A DNA stretch of 64,000 nucleotides from Cyanobacteriota bacterium (GTDB lineage: Bacteria > Cyanobacteriota > Cyanobacteriia > Thermostichales > Thermostichaceae): positions 96,001 to 160,000 of the forward strand of contig JANRIL010000020.1 in assembly GCA_033764955.1 (NCBI GenBank), read 5' to 3'. Positions 10,066-19,960 of this stretch are shown one piece after another (position 1 is the first letter of the stretch; each line of letters starts with the position of its first letter). A program made the position numbers and the translations under genes. Below the pieces are notes generated by a model. The model searched no databases. It was not told the DNA's origin and saw only the letters and a list, made by a program, of their open reading frames with translations.

Positions 10066-10390
10066 ATATTTACAGCATATTCTTGATGAAACGACTTACA
10101 TCATGACGAGTTCTACGAGTTTAGACAAGACGAAATTTATGCAAGATGAAACGCTGAAGCGTGCTTAGGCTCGTAGTATTGAAGTAATCGGTGAAGCGGT
10201 CAAACAGTTGCCAGATGAGTTGCGTCAAAAATATGATGCTATTGAATGGCGGACTATGGCTGGGATGCGTGATCGATGGATTCATCACTACTTTGGTGTT
10301 GACTATGACATTGTTTGGGATGTTGTAGTCAATAAAATCCTTGCACTGGATGCCGAAATTAGATTAATGCTTAAGCAGGAGTATCCGTAG
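10046..10390 (+). pseudogene. HEPN (DUF86/HepT) toxin with two in-frame TAG stops
   Basis: MPP*AREYLQHILDE...LKRA*ARSIEVIGEAVKQLP...GMRDRWIHHYFGVDYDIVWD; stops at 10055 and 10166. Confidence 0.85.
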
Positions 10391-10422
10391 GTCGGGCATT
10401 GAAAACAATGGTATGTGCAGCA

Positions 10423-10509
10423 TCCCAACAATCCCAAGGCATCGGAACAAAGTTATGCGATCGGTGAGTTGCCAAGGTTATCGGTGTCCGGTGATTGGGA
10501 ACGTTATCT
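10423..10509 (+). mobile_element. attC-like integron cassette recombination site
   Basis: TCCCAAC-AATCCC-AAGGCATCGGA ... TCCGGTGATT-GGGAAC-GTTATCT forms an imperfect hairpin with AAC/GTT ends, 33 nt after the toxin stop. Confidence 0.65.
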
Positions 10510-10573
10510 GCCACGGCTGATTTGAGTGGTTACGAAGCTTTTGCGGATCCAGATAAGACAGGATTTAATAGCC

Positions 10574-10966
10574 CTAGAAAGAATCTGAATTCGGTTGAAG
10601 TGGAGGAAATTGAGCCAAGATCAAGGGATCCCCTAGCCAGCCGTACTCCTGCAAAGAAATCCGCCCTTTCTCATCAAAGCGGATCCCTTCCGCCTCCAAT
10701 AAAACCCGCTGCCATTGGTCACTACCTAACCGAAACGGGGAGTAGGAAATGGATCCCTGAGCATTCACCACCCGTTGCCAGGGCACGGCAGAGTCCTCCC
10801 CCCGGCAGCGAAACAGGGCATAACCCACTTGCCGAGCATAGCCGGGATAGCCGGCCCAAGCAGCTACTTGTCCATAGGTCGCCACTTTACCCGCCGGGAT
10901 CCCCTGCACCACCGCATAAATGTGGGCATAGAGGCGGGAACGGGGTGAGGAGGGGTGGGAATTCAT
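10574..10966 (-). CDS. Alkyltransferase-like protein (ATL/YbaZ, MGMT family)
   Basis: IPAGKVATYGQVA, ARQVG, VPWQRVVN (W in place of the catalytic C). Confidence 0.9.
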   Translation of the reverse strand: MNSHPSSPRSRLYAHIYAVVQGIPAGKVATYGQVAAWAGYPGYARQVGYALFRCRGEDSAVPWQRVVNAQGSISYSPFRLGSDQWQRVLLEAEGIRFDEKGRISLQEYGWLGDPLILAQFPPLQPNSDSF

Positions 10967-11016
10967 AAGTATGATGATCCCATATCCCAAGCTAAGGGGA
11001 AACTCCCCGGATCCCA

Positions 11017-11280
11017 ATGAACGGTATTGCCCCGTTTCCGATACACCTAAAATTGTTTGCCATCTATCAAGAGGTGATTGGCAGCCCCGAACTCACCCTG
11101 CTGGTGTCACCGGGTACCTCCGTTCAGCAACTTTGTGATGAGTTAATCGAGCAATATCCCGTGCTAGCCCGTTGGAAAACTCAAACCCGTTTTGGGGTCA
11201 ACCTTAGTTTTGTCGAGGGAGACACGCTCCTGCAACCTGAGGATGAAGTGGTGCTGATCCCACCAGTGAGTGGCGGCTAA
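11017..11280 (+). CDS. moaD: MoaD/ThiS-family sulfur carrier
   Basis: LKLFAIYQE... and C-terminal IPPVSGG. Confidence 0.88.
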   Translation: MNGIAPFPIHLKLFAIYQEVIGSPELTLLVSPGTSVQQLCDELIEQYPVLARWKTQTRFGVNLSFVEGDTLLQPEDEVVLIPPVSGG

Positions 11281-11415
11281 ATCCCCTCAGAATCTTGAGA
11301 ATTTGTTGACTTTCGGGTTGTTCTATCCTTTGATAACCGAATCTGGCCAGATCCAAGCGGAATGAGAGTGTTACGATGGCACTCAATAAAAGCAAAATGA
11401 AAGGCAGAATCCACA

Positions 11416-13551
11416 ATGGCGGAATATACAAAGTCAATTTCCTTTTATGGACGGGAAATTGATGTCAATATTGGCTTGCTCGCTCCTCAGGCAGGGTGCG
11501 GAGCCTGGTTAACGTCGGGAGAAACGTCTATTTTGGTCACCGCCACTCGTCAGCCGGGACGGCCTGGGATCGATTTTATGCCGCTGCTGGTGGACTACGA
11601 AGAGCGCCTCTATGCGGCAGGGCGGATTCCGGGGGGATATCTGCGGCGGGAAGGTCGCCCACCGGAACGAGCCACGCTGATCTCCCGCCTGATCGACCGT
11701 CCGATTCGTCCACTTTTTCCAGAATGGCTGCGGGATGATGTGCAGATTGTGGCCACAACCCTCTCGGTGGATGACAAAGTTCCCCCCGATACCCTCTGTA
11801 TTTTAGGGGCTTCTCTGGCGATCCGCCTGGCCGGGATCCCTTTTATGGGTCCGGTGGCCGCCGTGCGGGTGGGGCTGGTGGAAGATGAATTTATCATTAA
11901 CCCGACCTACGCCGAAGTAGAGGCAGGGGATTTGGATCTGGTCGTGGCGGGAACGGCGGAAGGGATCATCATGGTGGAGGCAGGGGCGAATGAACTGCCG
12001 GAAAAAGACGTGATCGAGGCAATCGAGTTTGGCTATGAGGCCATTCAGGAGTTATTGGCCGCCCAAAACCAAATTTTTGCCGATCTGGAATCCCCCGCTG
12101 AACAGGGATCCCCCCCTGCACCCAACCTGGAGCTAGCCAGCTTTGTGGCGGAACATAGCCAGGTTCAAATCAAAGCGATTCTCAAACAGTTCCTCGATAA
12201 AACCTCCCGCGATAGCCAACTGGATGCCCTCAAGGATTCCTTAACCAGCCTGGTCGAGGCAAGACCGGAAATGGATCCCCTGCGAGTGCTGCTCACCGAA
12301 AACCCCAAAGACCTGGATGCTGCCTTCAAATCTCTCGTGAAAAAGCAGATGCGGCTGCAAATTATTGAAGAGGGAGTGCGGGTGGATGGACGCAAGCTGG
12401 ATGAGGTACGTCCCATTCAATCGAAGGTGGGGCTGATCCCCCGTGTGCATGGCAGCGGCTTATTTACCCGGGGGCTGACGCAGGTGTTGTCGATTGTTAC
12501 CCTGGGCACACCGGGGGATGCTCAGGAGCTAGATGATCTGCACCCCACCGACGAAAAACGTTACCTGCACCACTACAACTTTCCCGCCTTTTCAGTGGGA
12601 GAAACCAAACCCTCCCGCTCCCCCGGACGGCGGGAAATTGGGCATGGGGCATTGGCAGAGCGGGCTTTGGTTCCGGTTTTACCCAGCCAAGAGGACTTCG
12701 CCTATGTAATTCGTGTCGTTTCTGAGGTGCTCTCCTCCAACGGTTCCACCTCGATGGGATCCGTCTGTGGTTCCACCCTCTCCCTGATGGATGCGGGCGT
12801 TCCCCTAAAAGCTCCCGTCAGCGGGGTGGCGATGGGCTTGATCAAAGAGGGGGATGAGATCCGCATTCTGACGGATATTCAGGGCATTGAAGACTTTTTG
12901 GGGGATATGGACTTTAAGGTGGCGGGCACCACCCAGGGCATCACCGCCCTGCAAATGGACATGAAGATCACGGGCATTCAGGTCGATACCATCGAAAAAG
13001 CCGTCATTCAGGCCGGAGCCGGTCGCCAGTTTATTTTGGAAAAAATGCTGGAAACCATCGGCACTCCGCGGCGTCAGTTGGCCGCCTCTGCCCCCCGTCT
13101 GCTCAGCTTCCGTGTCGATCCCGATGATATCGGAAAGATTATTGGGCCAGGGGGCAAGATGATCCGCAGCATCACCGAAGCCACCGGAGCCAAGATCGAT
13201 ATCGCCGATGATGGCACGGTGACAGTAGCGTCTTCCCAGGGATCCCAGGCCGAGAACGCCCAACGCATGATCGAAGATCTCTTGCGGCGAGTGGAAGAAG
13301 GCCAGGTGTATTTGGGGAAAGTCACCCGTATCATGCCGTTTGGGGCGATTGTGGAGTTCTTGCCAGGAAAAGATGGCATGGTGCATATTTCCCAATTGGC
13401 TGACTATCGCGTGGGTAAGGTAGAGGATGAAGTCGCGGTAGGAGATGAAGTAGTGGTGAAGGTACAGGGCATCGACCGTGGCAAAGTCAAACTCACCCGC
13501 CTGGGGATCAGTCCCGAAGAAGCCGCCCAAGCCCGTGCCCAATCCAGCTAA
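11416..13551 (+). CDS. pnp: Polyribonucleotide nucleotidyltransferase
   Basis: [39 protein letters not shown] and S1 domains. Confidence 0.99.
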   Translation: MAEYTKSISFYGREIDVNIGLLAPQAGCGAWLTSGETSILVTATRQPGRPGIDFMPLLVDYEERLYAAGRIPGGYLRREGRPPERATLISRLIDRPIRPLFPEWLRDDVQIVATTLSVDDKVPPDTLCILGASLAIRLAGIPFMGPVAAVRVGLVEDEFIINPTYAEVEAGDLDLVVAGTAEGIIMVEAGANELPEKDVIEAIEFGYEAIQELLAAQNQIFADLESPAEQGSPPAPNLELASFVAEHSQVQIKAILKQFLDKTSRDSQLDALKDSLTSLVEARPEMDPLRVLLTENPKDLDAAFKSLVKKQMRLQIIEEGVRVDGRKLDEVRPIQSKVGLIPRVHGSGLFTRGLTQVLSIVTLGTPGDAQELDDLHPTDEKRYLHHYNFPAFSVGETKPSRSPGRREIGHGALAERALVPVLPSQEDFAYVIRVVSEVLSSNGSTSMGSVCGSTLSLMDAGVPLKAPVSGVAMGLIKEGDEIRILTDIQGIEDFLGDMDFKVAGTTQGITALQMDMKITGIQVDTIEKAVIQAGAGRQFILEKMLETIGTPRRQLAASAPRLLSFRVDPDDIGKIIGPGGKMIRSITEATGAKIDIADDGTVTVASSQGSQAENAQRMIEDLLRRVEEGQVYLGKVTRIMPFGAIVEFLPGKDGMVHISQLADYRVGKVEDEVAVGDEVVVKVQGIDRGKVKLTRLGISPEEAAQARAQSS

Positions 13552-13608
13552 GCGGGATCCCTTCCGCCTGCCGAGTCCGCCATTCAGCCAATCGATCGGT
13601 AGGAAACC

Positions 13609-15681
13609 GTGATGAAGCAGGCATCCCAGCGGCATCCACTCTGGCAGGGCATCAATTTCCTCCAGCATCGTCAACCCTCAGGAAGTTGGCAATGGCGGCG
13701 CATTCCCTGGGGGTTAGCCTGGGGAGTTGGCTGGGGAACCCTGCTCTGCTTGACCTCCTCTGGCCCCCTCCTTTACCGCCTGGAGAGCGATGCCCGCCAA
13801 GCCCTGTTTCGCCTGCGGGGATCCCAAACCGTCGCCCCTGAAGTAGTGGTCGTGGGCATCGACGGCAAGATCGAGGGCAGCAACCAGACGATTGACTTTT
13901 TGTTGGATCGAGCCAATTACGCTGGCTTGACCCTAAAACTGCTGCAAGCAGCGCAGGCCAAAGTGGTGGTCTTAAATTTGCCCAGCAGCTTTGTCGTACC
14001 CCAAACCCTTGGCAATGAAGATCTCGATGCCCCTCTGCGGCAACTGGTTCAGCAATATCCTGACCAATTGGTGCTAGCCACCCGCAGCAGTGAAAGTTTT
14101 CGTCAAGCCGAAATTAGCATCTACAACCAATTCCTGCCGTTTTCTTCGTTGTTGTTGGAGTATTTGGTTCCCCCCGAAGAAGTGCAGGGGGTCGTGCAAT
14201 ATCGGCTGGATGCCGCCGGGGTTTTGCGGCAAGCCTATTTGTGGGGGAACTATATTCGACGGGATAGCCAGACCTTACAGGGGTTTGCCTCCGTGGAGGC
14301 GCTGGCGATTGCCAAACTTGACCGAGAACGCGCTCGTCAACTCTTCCGTCCCGGTCGGCAACGGCTAGAGTTTAACCCCCTTGAGGCGGAGGCCGGTATC
14401 CCGATTCTGCCTATCGAAGCCCTTTGTCCGCCCCCCCCTATCAATAACTGTAGTGATCCCCAAACCGAACAGGTCTTGGATCCCGACCTGAAGCGCCAAC
14501 TGCAAGGCAAGATTGTTTTGGTGGGATTTGTGGATGGCTATACGGAAACCTTTCCGGTGCGAATTGCCAATGGCCGACAGGTGGCGGCTGTGGAACTTCA
14601 AGCTCAAATTATTTCCAGTCTGCTGCAAGGCACACAATACCACTCAATTCCTGTGGGGTTATCCTGGCTGGTGATTGAGCTGTCCGCCATCCTGACGGGG
14701 GTATCCCTAGCCGCCAATGGGCAACGACTACGCCTAAGATGGCGGCACCTGATAGGACAACAGCGGTTGATGTGGCCGCTTGCGGCGCTATTGGTCTATC
14801 TTGCCTGGGCTGTAGCTCAATTTTTCTTTTGGCGACAGATCTGGCCCCTCACCCTGCCCTTTTTGGCCTGCGGCTTTACTATGCTAAGTGTAGTGCTGGC
14901 TTTGGTGCTGCTGCAAAATCGGGATCGCTTGATTGCTCAACAACTGGAATTGGAACAACTGCGGCGGGTGGAGCAGGAAGCGATTACCGATCAAGCCCGC
15001 AAACTCCTCTATCGGGTGGCTACCGACATTCATGATCAGGAGCTACAAGAACTAAAGCTAGTCATGGATGCTCTGGAAAGTTGGCAATGGCAGCAAACCC
15101 AGGGTCAACCCCCCGACCTTTCGCAATATGATCCCCTCCTGGCTCAACTGGAAGGCATTGGCCAAGGGATCCGCGACCAACTCAATGATGTGCGAACCCT
15201 CGCCAGCAAATTGAGTATTTCTCCTACCCTGCGGGAGGGACTGCATCAAGGGATGGATCACTATCTGAATGGGCTGATCGAAGTGGGGATGCTCACCCTA
15301 CCCCTCAAGCGACACCTGCAACCCCTGCAAGAAGCTCCCACGAGCGAGTGGTTGGATGCGCGGGAGGATATCATGCGCTTTTTGCGGGAAGCCATGGCTA
15401 ACGTGATCGGGCATGTGCAACCCCCCAAGGGCACCGCCACTTTTGTCGAAGTCAAGCTGACCCAGCGCCAACACCACTGTCAACTGCTCGTCATTAACGA
15501 TGGGGTTGAGTTAGCCACCACCCGTCGCGGCGGATACGGCAGCAAAGCCATGAATACCATTGCCAGTTATTTACCCAAGGGATCCTGGCAGCGCACCCTC
15601 CTCCCCAACCACCTCACCTGTGTGGAACTCCACTGGGAAATGCCGGAAATACCCAGCGGGGATCCCCCCACCGATTTTTGA
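13609..15681 (+). CDS. CHASE2-domain membrane sensor histidine kinase (HisKA_3-like)
   Basis: CHASE2 motifs (VVVVGID, LQGKIVLVG, VELQAQII), three TM helices, DIHD H-box, REAMANV N-box. Confidence 0.8.
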   Translation: MMKQASQRHPLWQGINFLQHRQPSGSWQWRRIPWGLAWGVGWGTLLCLTSSGPLLYRLESDARQALFRLRGSQTVAPEVVVVGIDGKIEGSNQTIDFLLDRANYAGLTLKLLQAAQAKVVVLNLPSSFVVPQTLGNEDLDAPLRQLVQQYPDQLVLATRSSESFRQAEISIYNQFLPFSSLLLEYLVPPEEVQGVVQYRLDAAGVLRQAYLWGNYIRRDSQTLQGFASVEALAIAKLDRERARQLFRPGRQRLEFNPLEAEAGIPILPIEALCPPPPINNCSDPQTEQVLDPDLKRQLQGKIVLVGFVDGYTETFPVRIANGRQVAAVELQAQIISSLLQGTQYHSIPVGLSWLVIELSAILTGVSLAANGQRLRLRWRHLIGQQRLMWPLAALLVYLAWAVAQFFFWRQIWPLTLPFLACGFTMLSVVLALVLLQNRDRLIAQQLELEQLRRVEQEAITDQARKLLYRVATDIHDQELQELKLVMDALESWQWQQTQGQPPDLSQYDPLLAQLEGIGQGIRDQLNDVRTLASKLSISPTLREGLHQGMDHYLNGLIEVGMLTLPLKRHLQPLQEAPTSEWLDAREDIMRFLREAMANVIGHVQPPKGTATFVEVKLTQRQHHCQLLVINDGVELATTRRGGYGSKAMNTIASYLPKGSWQRTLLPNHLTCVELHWEMPEIPSGDPPTDF

Positions 15682-15765
15682 AGGGATCCCTTTTGTCCTC
15701 CTCATTCCCAGTTAGCTCCACGTGGAATGGCCAGAGGAGGCACTAGCGGTAGAGCTGCCAGCAAG

Positions 15766-15930
15766 TTATCCCCCCATATCTCAAGCTGTGGAAAACTCCC
15801 GCCAAACTCGGGATCATTCTCTGTGGAAAACTGACCTCCTGTGGAAAACCCCTGAAAAGCTGTGCAAAAGCCAGCTTTGCCTGTGGAAATGTTGGAAGGG
15901 TTTCTGGGCTGGATCCAAACCTGTGGAAAA
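15766..15930. promoter_or_regulatory. DnaA-box cluster (candidate oriC or DnaA-regulatory locus)
   Basis: TGTGGAAAA (reverse complement TTTTCCACA) at 15787, 15822, 15840, 15922; 1-mismatch copies at 15861 and 15882; TTATCCCCC at 15766. Confidence 0.75.
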
Positions 15931-15938
15931 CTCTTAAT

Positions 15939-18233
15939 TCAGGATTGGGGGCTAGACTCCGGCAACAAACAGCCCATGGCATCGCAACCTGCTGGGCCTT
16001 CGGTAGCCAAAAAGCCCTGATCATAGCGCCGTAAAGCCGCCAAAAAGTCCTGGGTGCGACGACGTTGCCGCACCTCCGCCGATAGGCGATCATAGGTAGG
16101 CTGATCAATCTTTTCAAAGGGCAGACGGGGGAAGGGGGCATCAAAACGCGCTAACAGAGCCGCACTCATGTAGCCTTCGTCCTGATCAATAGCCTGGTAG
16201 ATGCGTTCTCCCAGGGCTTCAATCTCATCTTCCCGCAACTCGATAGTGGCACTAGTGTTATGGGTGGTGTAGTGCTGCTGCACCTGCATATAAAAGTCAA
16301 ACTGAGCCAATGCTGAAAACTTTTCGATCTCAATGTCAGAGGCTCCTGGGAGATTCGCCCACGGCACTTCCACTGGAATTTCTACCAGCCACTCACTGCA
16401 TCGTGGGTCAAAGGGATCGTTTAACAAGTTGCCGCCCTCATCCTTATCCGATTGGGAGGGCACAATCGAATAGCCAAAGTCTAGGCAGGCCAGCGCCACT
16501 GGATCGTTTTTGCCAAAGGTAATACGGCGAATATAACGCTGCGCTTTGGGAGGATGCCAGCCTGCCGATGCCCCAGTTAAGAGGGACTTCGTTCCAGCCG
16601 GTTGCACGGTTGTACACCGATTAGGCCGTGGCAGCCCGTGGCGATCGCAGTATTCCCAAACCACCTGATGCACGGTGTCCCGCCAGCGGGTGAGATAGGC
16701 TTGCTCCTCCTGCTTAAATTGCAAACCCGAAACGGTGAGGGGTCGGCCCGCCTCCCACCAGCGCAACCAGTCCACCCCAAACGCCTGCACAAAAAAGTCA
16801 AACAATCCCGTAAAAGAAACCCCAACAATCGGATCCCGTAGACGAGATTTTTGATAGCGCGGCTCCATAAATTGGTGATTCAAGAGAGCCGCAACGGAAA
16901 GCGCCCCCGCCGAAAATGCCTCTATTTGTTGTTGATCGTTATGGGGGTGAATTTGATTGAGATGCACTTCGGCCAGATTGCAATGGAAATTGCTGCCGAT
17001 GATTTCCCCGCAGGGATTTAGCCCATAGCGAGATAGCCGATCAGCGGCTTCCCCATCATCCATAGCGGGATCCAGGTTCTGTAACCACTCCTGTCCCTTT
17101 CCGGCAACATAAGCCTTTAGGAAATCAATCTTTTGAGTCTGGGTTGTGATTAAATCTCGGCTGGAACGGGCAATCGCCTCTCCTGCCCACTGAATCGCCC
17201 CTTCTCCAGAGAAATATTGCTTCCGCACGGCATCAATCGATTCCTGTCGCGTTGGTTTGCGGTGAAAAACACGGGTATGATTGGCCATCCGCAGGGCATC
17301 TCGTTCGGGGTCAATTCGCCAATTACCATCTTCCCCCTGCATCCAAAGCTGATCTTTGGCGGTAGCCGCCAGATGATCGTCGCTATCAAACTGGCGCATC
17401 CCAGCTGATCGACGAATATTACCAGCCACAATGCAGGAAGCCGCCTCATCGATGAGCAAGCAACACTCCACCGAGTTGAGTTGACGCCCTACGGCTCGGT
17501 TCAAAATCGTGGCACACCGCTCGTAGAGGGTCGGTAGTTTGATGGGATTGGCGACCCCACCAAAGCCTTTTAGGGGTTCTCCGGCAGGTCGAACATCGCT
17601 CAAATCCACTGTCAGAAGGATTTCACCCCCCAACTGCGGATCACTGGCTAATTCCATCAATACCTGATAGGAATCCACCCAGCCCCGCCGACTGTCCCCC
17701 ACGCGGATCCCGACGTTGTGCCCTTGTATTTCTACCCGCGTCAGAGGGGAGCGCTGGGTTGGCGGTGTCGAGCCAATGGCTCCCCCTAGCCTGATGACTA
17801 ATCGGTTAGTAATAGGGGGCAATTGCGAGATGTATTTGGGTTCCAGGATGGCTCCGGTGCCACATCCCATCATCGCCAAATCCATCATCAGGCCAAAAGC
17901 CCGCCAATCCACCACATTAGTGCTGGTGCAGTTATAGCCACCGGAAAAGTTCTCAGGTCTATGGATCCAATCGGTTCCCATCACCCAGAGGGCGCGTCCC
18001 GACATCAATGCCTTCAGTTGGCGCTGCATCCGATCCACTAACGCTCGCTCGTTGGGAGTAAACCTCCCCAACTGACTGATGTCTTGGATGGTACGGTCAC
18101 AGACTTGATCCCAGGTTTCTCTGCCTTGATCCGCTTGTCGACGGCTGTAGGTTCTAAAAAAAACAGGATTCGCCGCCGGAGCAGACGGGGGAAACCCACT
18201 AACCAGCTTGACTTTTTCGATATCACGCACCAT
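15939..18233 (-). CDS. nrdJ: Class II adenosylcobalamin-dependent ribonucleotide reductase, no intein seen
   Basis: FFRTYSRR, YNCTS, VAGNIRRSA, GLNPCGEI, HCNLAE, TTVQPAGTKS, C-terminal CxxxxC. Confidence 0.96.
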   Translation of the reverse strand: MVRDIEKVKLVSGFPPSAPAANPVFFRTYSRRQADQGRETWDQVCDRTIQDISQLGRFTPNERALVDRMQRQLKALMSGRALWVMGTDWIHRPENFSGGYNCTSTNVVDWRAFGLMMDLAMMGCGTGAILEPKYISQLPPITNRLVIRLGGAIGSTPPTQRSPLTRVEIQGHNVGIRVGDSRRGWVDSYQVLMELASDPQLGGEILLTVDLSDVRPAGEPLKGFGGVANPIKLPTLYERCATILNRAVGRQLNSVECCLLIDEAASCIVAGNIRRSAGMRQFDSDDHLAATAKDQLWMQGEDGNWRIDPERDALRMANHTRVFHRKPTRQESIDAVRKQYFSGEGAIQWAGEAIARSSRDLITTQTQKIDFLKAYVAGKGQEWLQNLDPAMDDGEAADRLSRYGLNPCGEIIGSNFHCNLAEVHLNQIHPHNDQQQIEAFSAGALSVAALLNHQFMEPRYQKSRLRDPIVGVSFTGLFDFFVQAFGVDWLRWWEAGRPLTVSGLQFKQEEQAYLTRWRDTVHQVVWEYCDRHGLPRPNRCTTVQPAGTKSLLTGASAGWHPPKAQRYIRRITFGKNDPVALACLDFGYSIVPSQSDKDEGGNLLNDPFDPRCSEWLVEIPVEVPWANLPGASDIEIEKFSALAQFDFYMQVQQHYTTHNTSATIELREDEIEALGERIYQAIDQDEGYMSAALLARFDAPFPRLPFEKIDQPTYDRLSAEVRQRRRTQDFLAALRRYDQGFLATEGPAGCDAMGCLLPESSPQS

Positions 18234-18301
18234 GACCGTCTTGCCCCAGAAACTTTACGAAAAGCCAGGCAGGGATCCCACCTTGGCTATCCATACTATA
18301 C

Positions 18302-18317
18302 GCTTTATATCTGGTGG
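18302..18317. promoter_or_regulatory. Putative NrdR box
   Basis: GCTTTATATCTGGTGG versus consensus acaCwAtATaTwGtgt, about 70 nt upstream of nrdJ. Confidence 0.5.
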
Positions 18318-18444
18318 CAAAGCTTGACAAAATCCTTACTGATCACTAGTGGTGGCGGTGATACCTATTGCCATGATCGCTCCCGTCATTGGGATCCCCC
18401 TAGGGCTGTTGATACAGCCTGGGCACAACCAGAGGCTAGCTGAA

Positions 18445-18474
18445 TTGACAATCAAATACTACAAGATGTAGCAT
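18445..18474 (+). promoter_or_regulatory. Sigma70-like promoter toward rtcB overlapped by an NrdR-like palindrome
   Basis: TTGACA (18445) -18 nt- TAGCAT (18469); CTACAAGATGTAGCAT at 18459-18474. Confidence 0.5.
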
Positions 18475-18625
18475 GACCTCGTAGTGTAACGGTCTCATTG
18501 AAAACATCTCAGCCAGTCGGAGAATGGGATCCCAGATTTTTTACGATTTGAGGATTTTATCTTCTAGACCTTTCAACCCAAAAGGGGGGGATCCCGGCCA
18601 ATCCTGATGACGAGGAATAAGCATC

Positions 18626-19807
18626 ATGACTTTCCAAGCTTTAGCGCTCAACACTTCCCATCCGGTTTTATCGTGGGCTGGCCATGATCTGGCCTCCGAT
18701 GAATATCAAATGGTCAAAAATGTTGCTTCTTTGCCGTTTATTTTTAAGCATGTGGCGCTGATGCCCGATGTGCATTTGGGCAAGGGAGCCTTGGTGGGAT
18801 CCGTGATTGCCACCCAGGAGGCGATCATACCGGCGGCGGTCGGGGTGGATATTGGCTGTGGCATGGGCGCGATCAAAACACCTTTTTTGGCGGAGCAATT
18901 GGCGGGAAAACTAAAAAAAATTCGTCTGGATATCGAGGCCACTATTCCCACTGGGTTTAACGACAACAAGACCCTTGAGAAATCGGTGCAAAATTGGCAG
19001 GGATGGCGGGATTTTCGTCACCTACATCCAGGGGTGCAGGATCTGGAATCAAAAGCAAAGCGGCAATTGGGATCCCTAGGGGGAGGCAACCACTTTTTAG
19101 AGGTTTGTCTGGATAGCGAGGATCAGGTGTGGCTGATGCTCCATTCGGGATCCCGTAACATTGGCAAATCCCTGGCAGAGCGGCACATCGACACTGCTCG
19201 ACATCTGGCGAAGCTGGCCCATCAGTCGCTGCCGGATCCCGATCTGGCCTATTTTGTAGCGGGCACTCGCGAATTTCAAGCCTACTGGCACGATTTGCAA
19301 TGGGCACAAAACTATGCCCGGAGCAATCGGCAAGTGATGATGGAACGGTTCAAGCAAATTCTGGAGAAACACCTAGCCGGTGGCAAACCCTTCCAACCGC
19401 TGCTGACGGTTAACTGTCACCACAACTATGCCGAAAAGGAAGTCCATTTTGGGGAATCGGTCTACGTCACCCGCAAGGGAGCTGTGCGCGCCCAAACCGA
19501 TGACTATGGGATCATTCCTGGCTCGATGGGATCCCGTTCCTACATCGTCAAGGGCAAAGGTCATCCCGACAGCTATTGCTCATGCAGTCATGGAGCAGGA
19601 CGGGCGATGTCGCGCAACAAAGCCAAAACTGTCTTCAGTCTGGAGGATTTGATTGAGCAAACCACAGGTGTTGAGTGCCGCAAAGATACCGGAGTATTGG
19701 ATGAGATCCCTGCCGCCTACAAACCGATTGAGCAGGTGATGGCACAGCAGGCGGATCTAGTCGAGGTGGTGGCGACCCTCAAACAGGTGATCTGTGTGAA
19801 AGGCTAA
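18626..19807 (+). CDS. rtcB: RNA ligase RtcB
   Basis: MPDVHLG, GVDIGCGM, GGGNHFLE, LHSGSR, HHNY, CSHGAGR, DEIPAAYK. Confidence 0.97.
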   Translation: MTFQALALNTSHPVLSWAGHDLASDEYQMVKNVASLPFIFKHVALMPDVHLGKGALVGSVIATQEAIIPAAVGVDIGCGMGAIKTPFLAEQLAGKLKKIRLDIEATIPTGFNDNKTLEKSVQNWQGWRDFRHLHPGVQDLESKAKRQLGSLGGGNHFLEVCLDSEDQVWLMLHSGSRNIGKSLAERHIDTARHLAKLAHQSLPDPDLAYFVAGTREFQAYWHDLQWAQNYARSNRQVMMERFKQILEKHLAGGKPFQPLLTVNCHHNYAEKEVHFGESVYVTRKGAVRAQTDDYGIIPGSMGSRSYIVKGKGHPDSYCSCSHGAGRAMSRNKAKTVFSLEDLIEQTTGVECRKDTGVLDEIPAAYKPIEQVMAQQADLVEVVATLKQVICVKG

Positions 19808-19960
19808 AAGCAGCCAAGGGATCCTTTTAGCGTCAAGATAGTGGGGATCCCTATTCGGTATGGATCCCCGAACAAGTTTTGCTGGGGGCGGCTTCAGGAT
19901 GTCCCCACCTCGGTCTATGCTAGTGGGGTAGCCTTACCGAAGAGCCGGAGGACGAGGATC

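Noticed and set aside
12805..13674. Long antisense ORFs (also 373-1032, 53246-54067, 54700-55269)
   Set aside because: Shadow frames of well-conserved genes with no recognisable motifs
15787..15930. Possible CRISPR-like array
   Set aside because: Repeats are only 9-12 bp, spacing is irregular and no cas genes are present
15722..15937. 71-aa ORF with repeated VEN/LWKT motifs
   Set aside because: The peptide repeats are just translated DnaA boxes
15939..19807. Inteins in nrdJ or rtcB
   Set aside because: Lengths and motif order are continuous and no splice-junction motifs were seen
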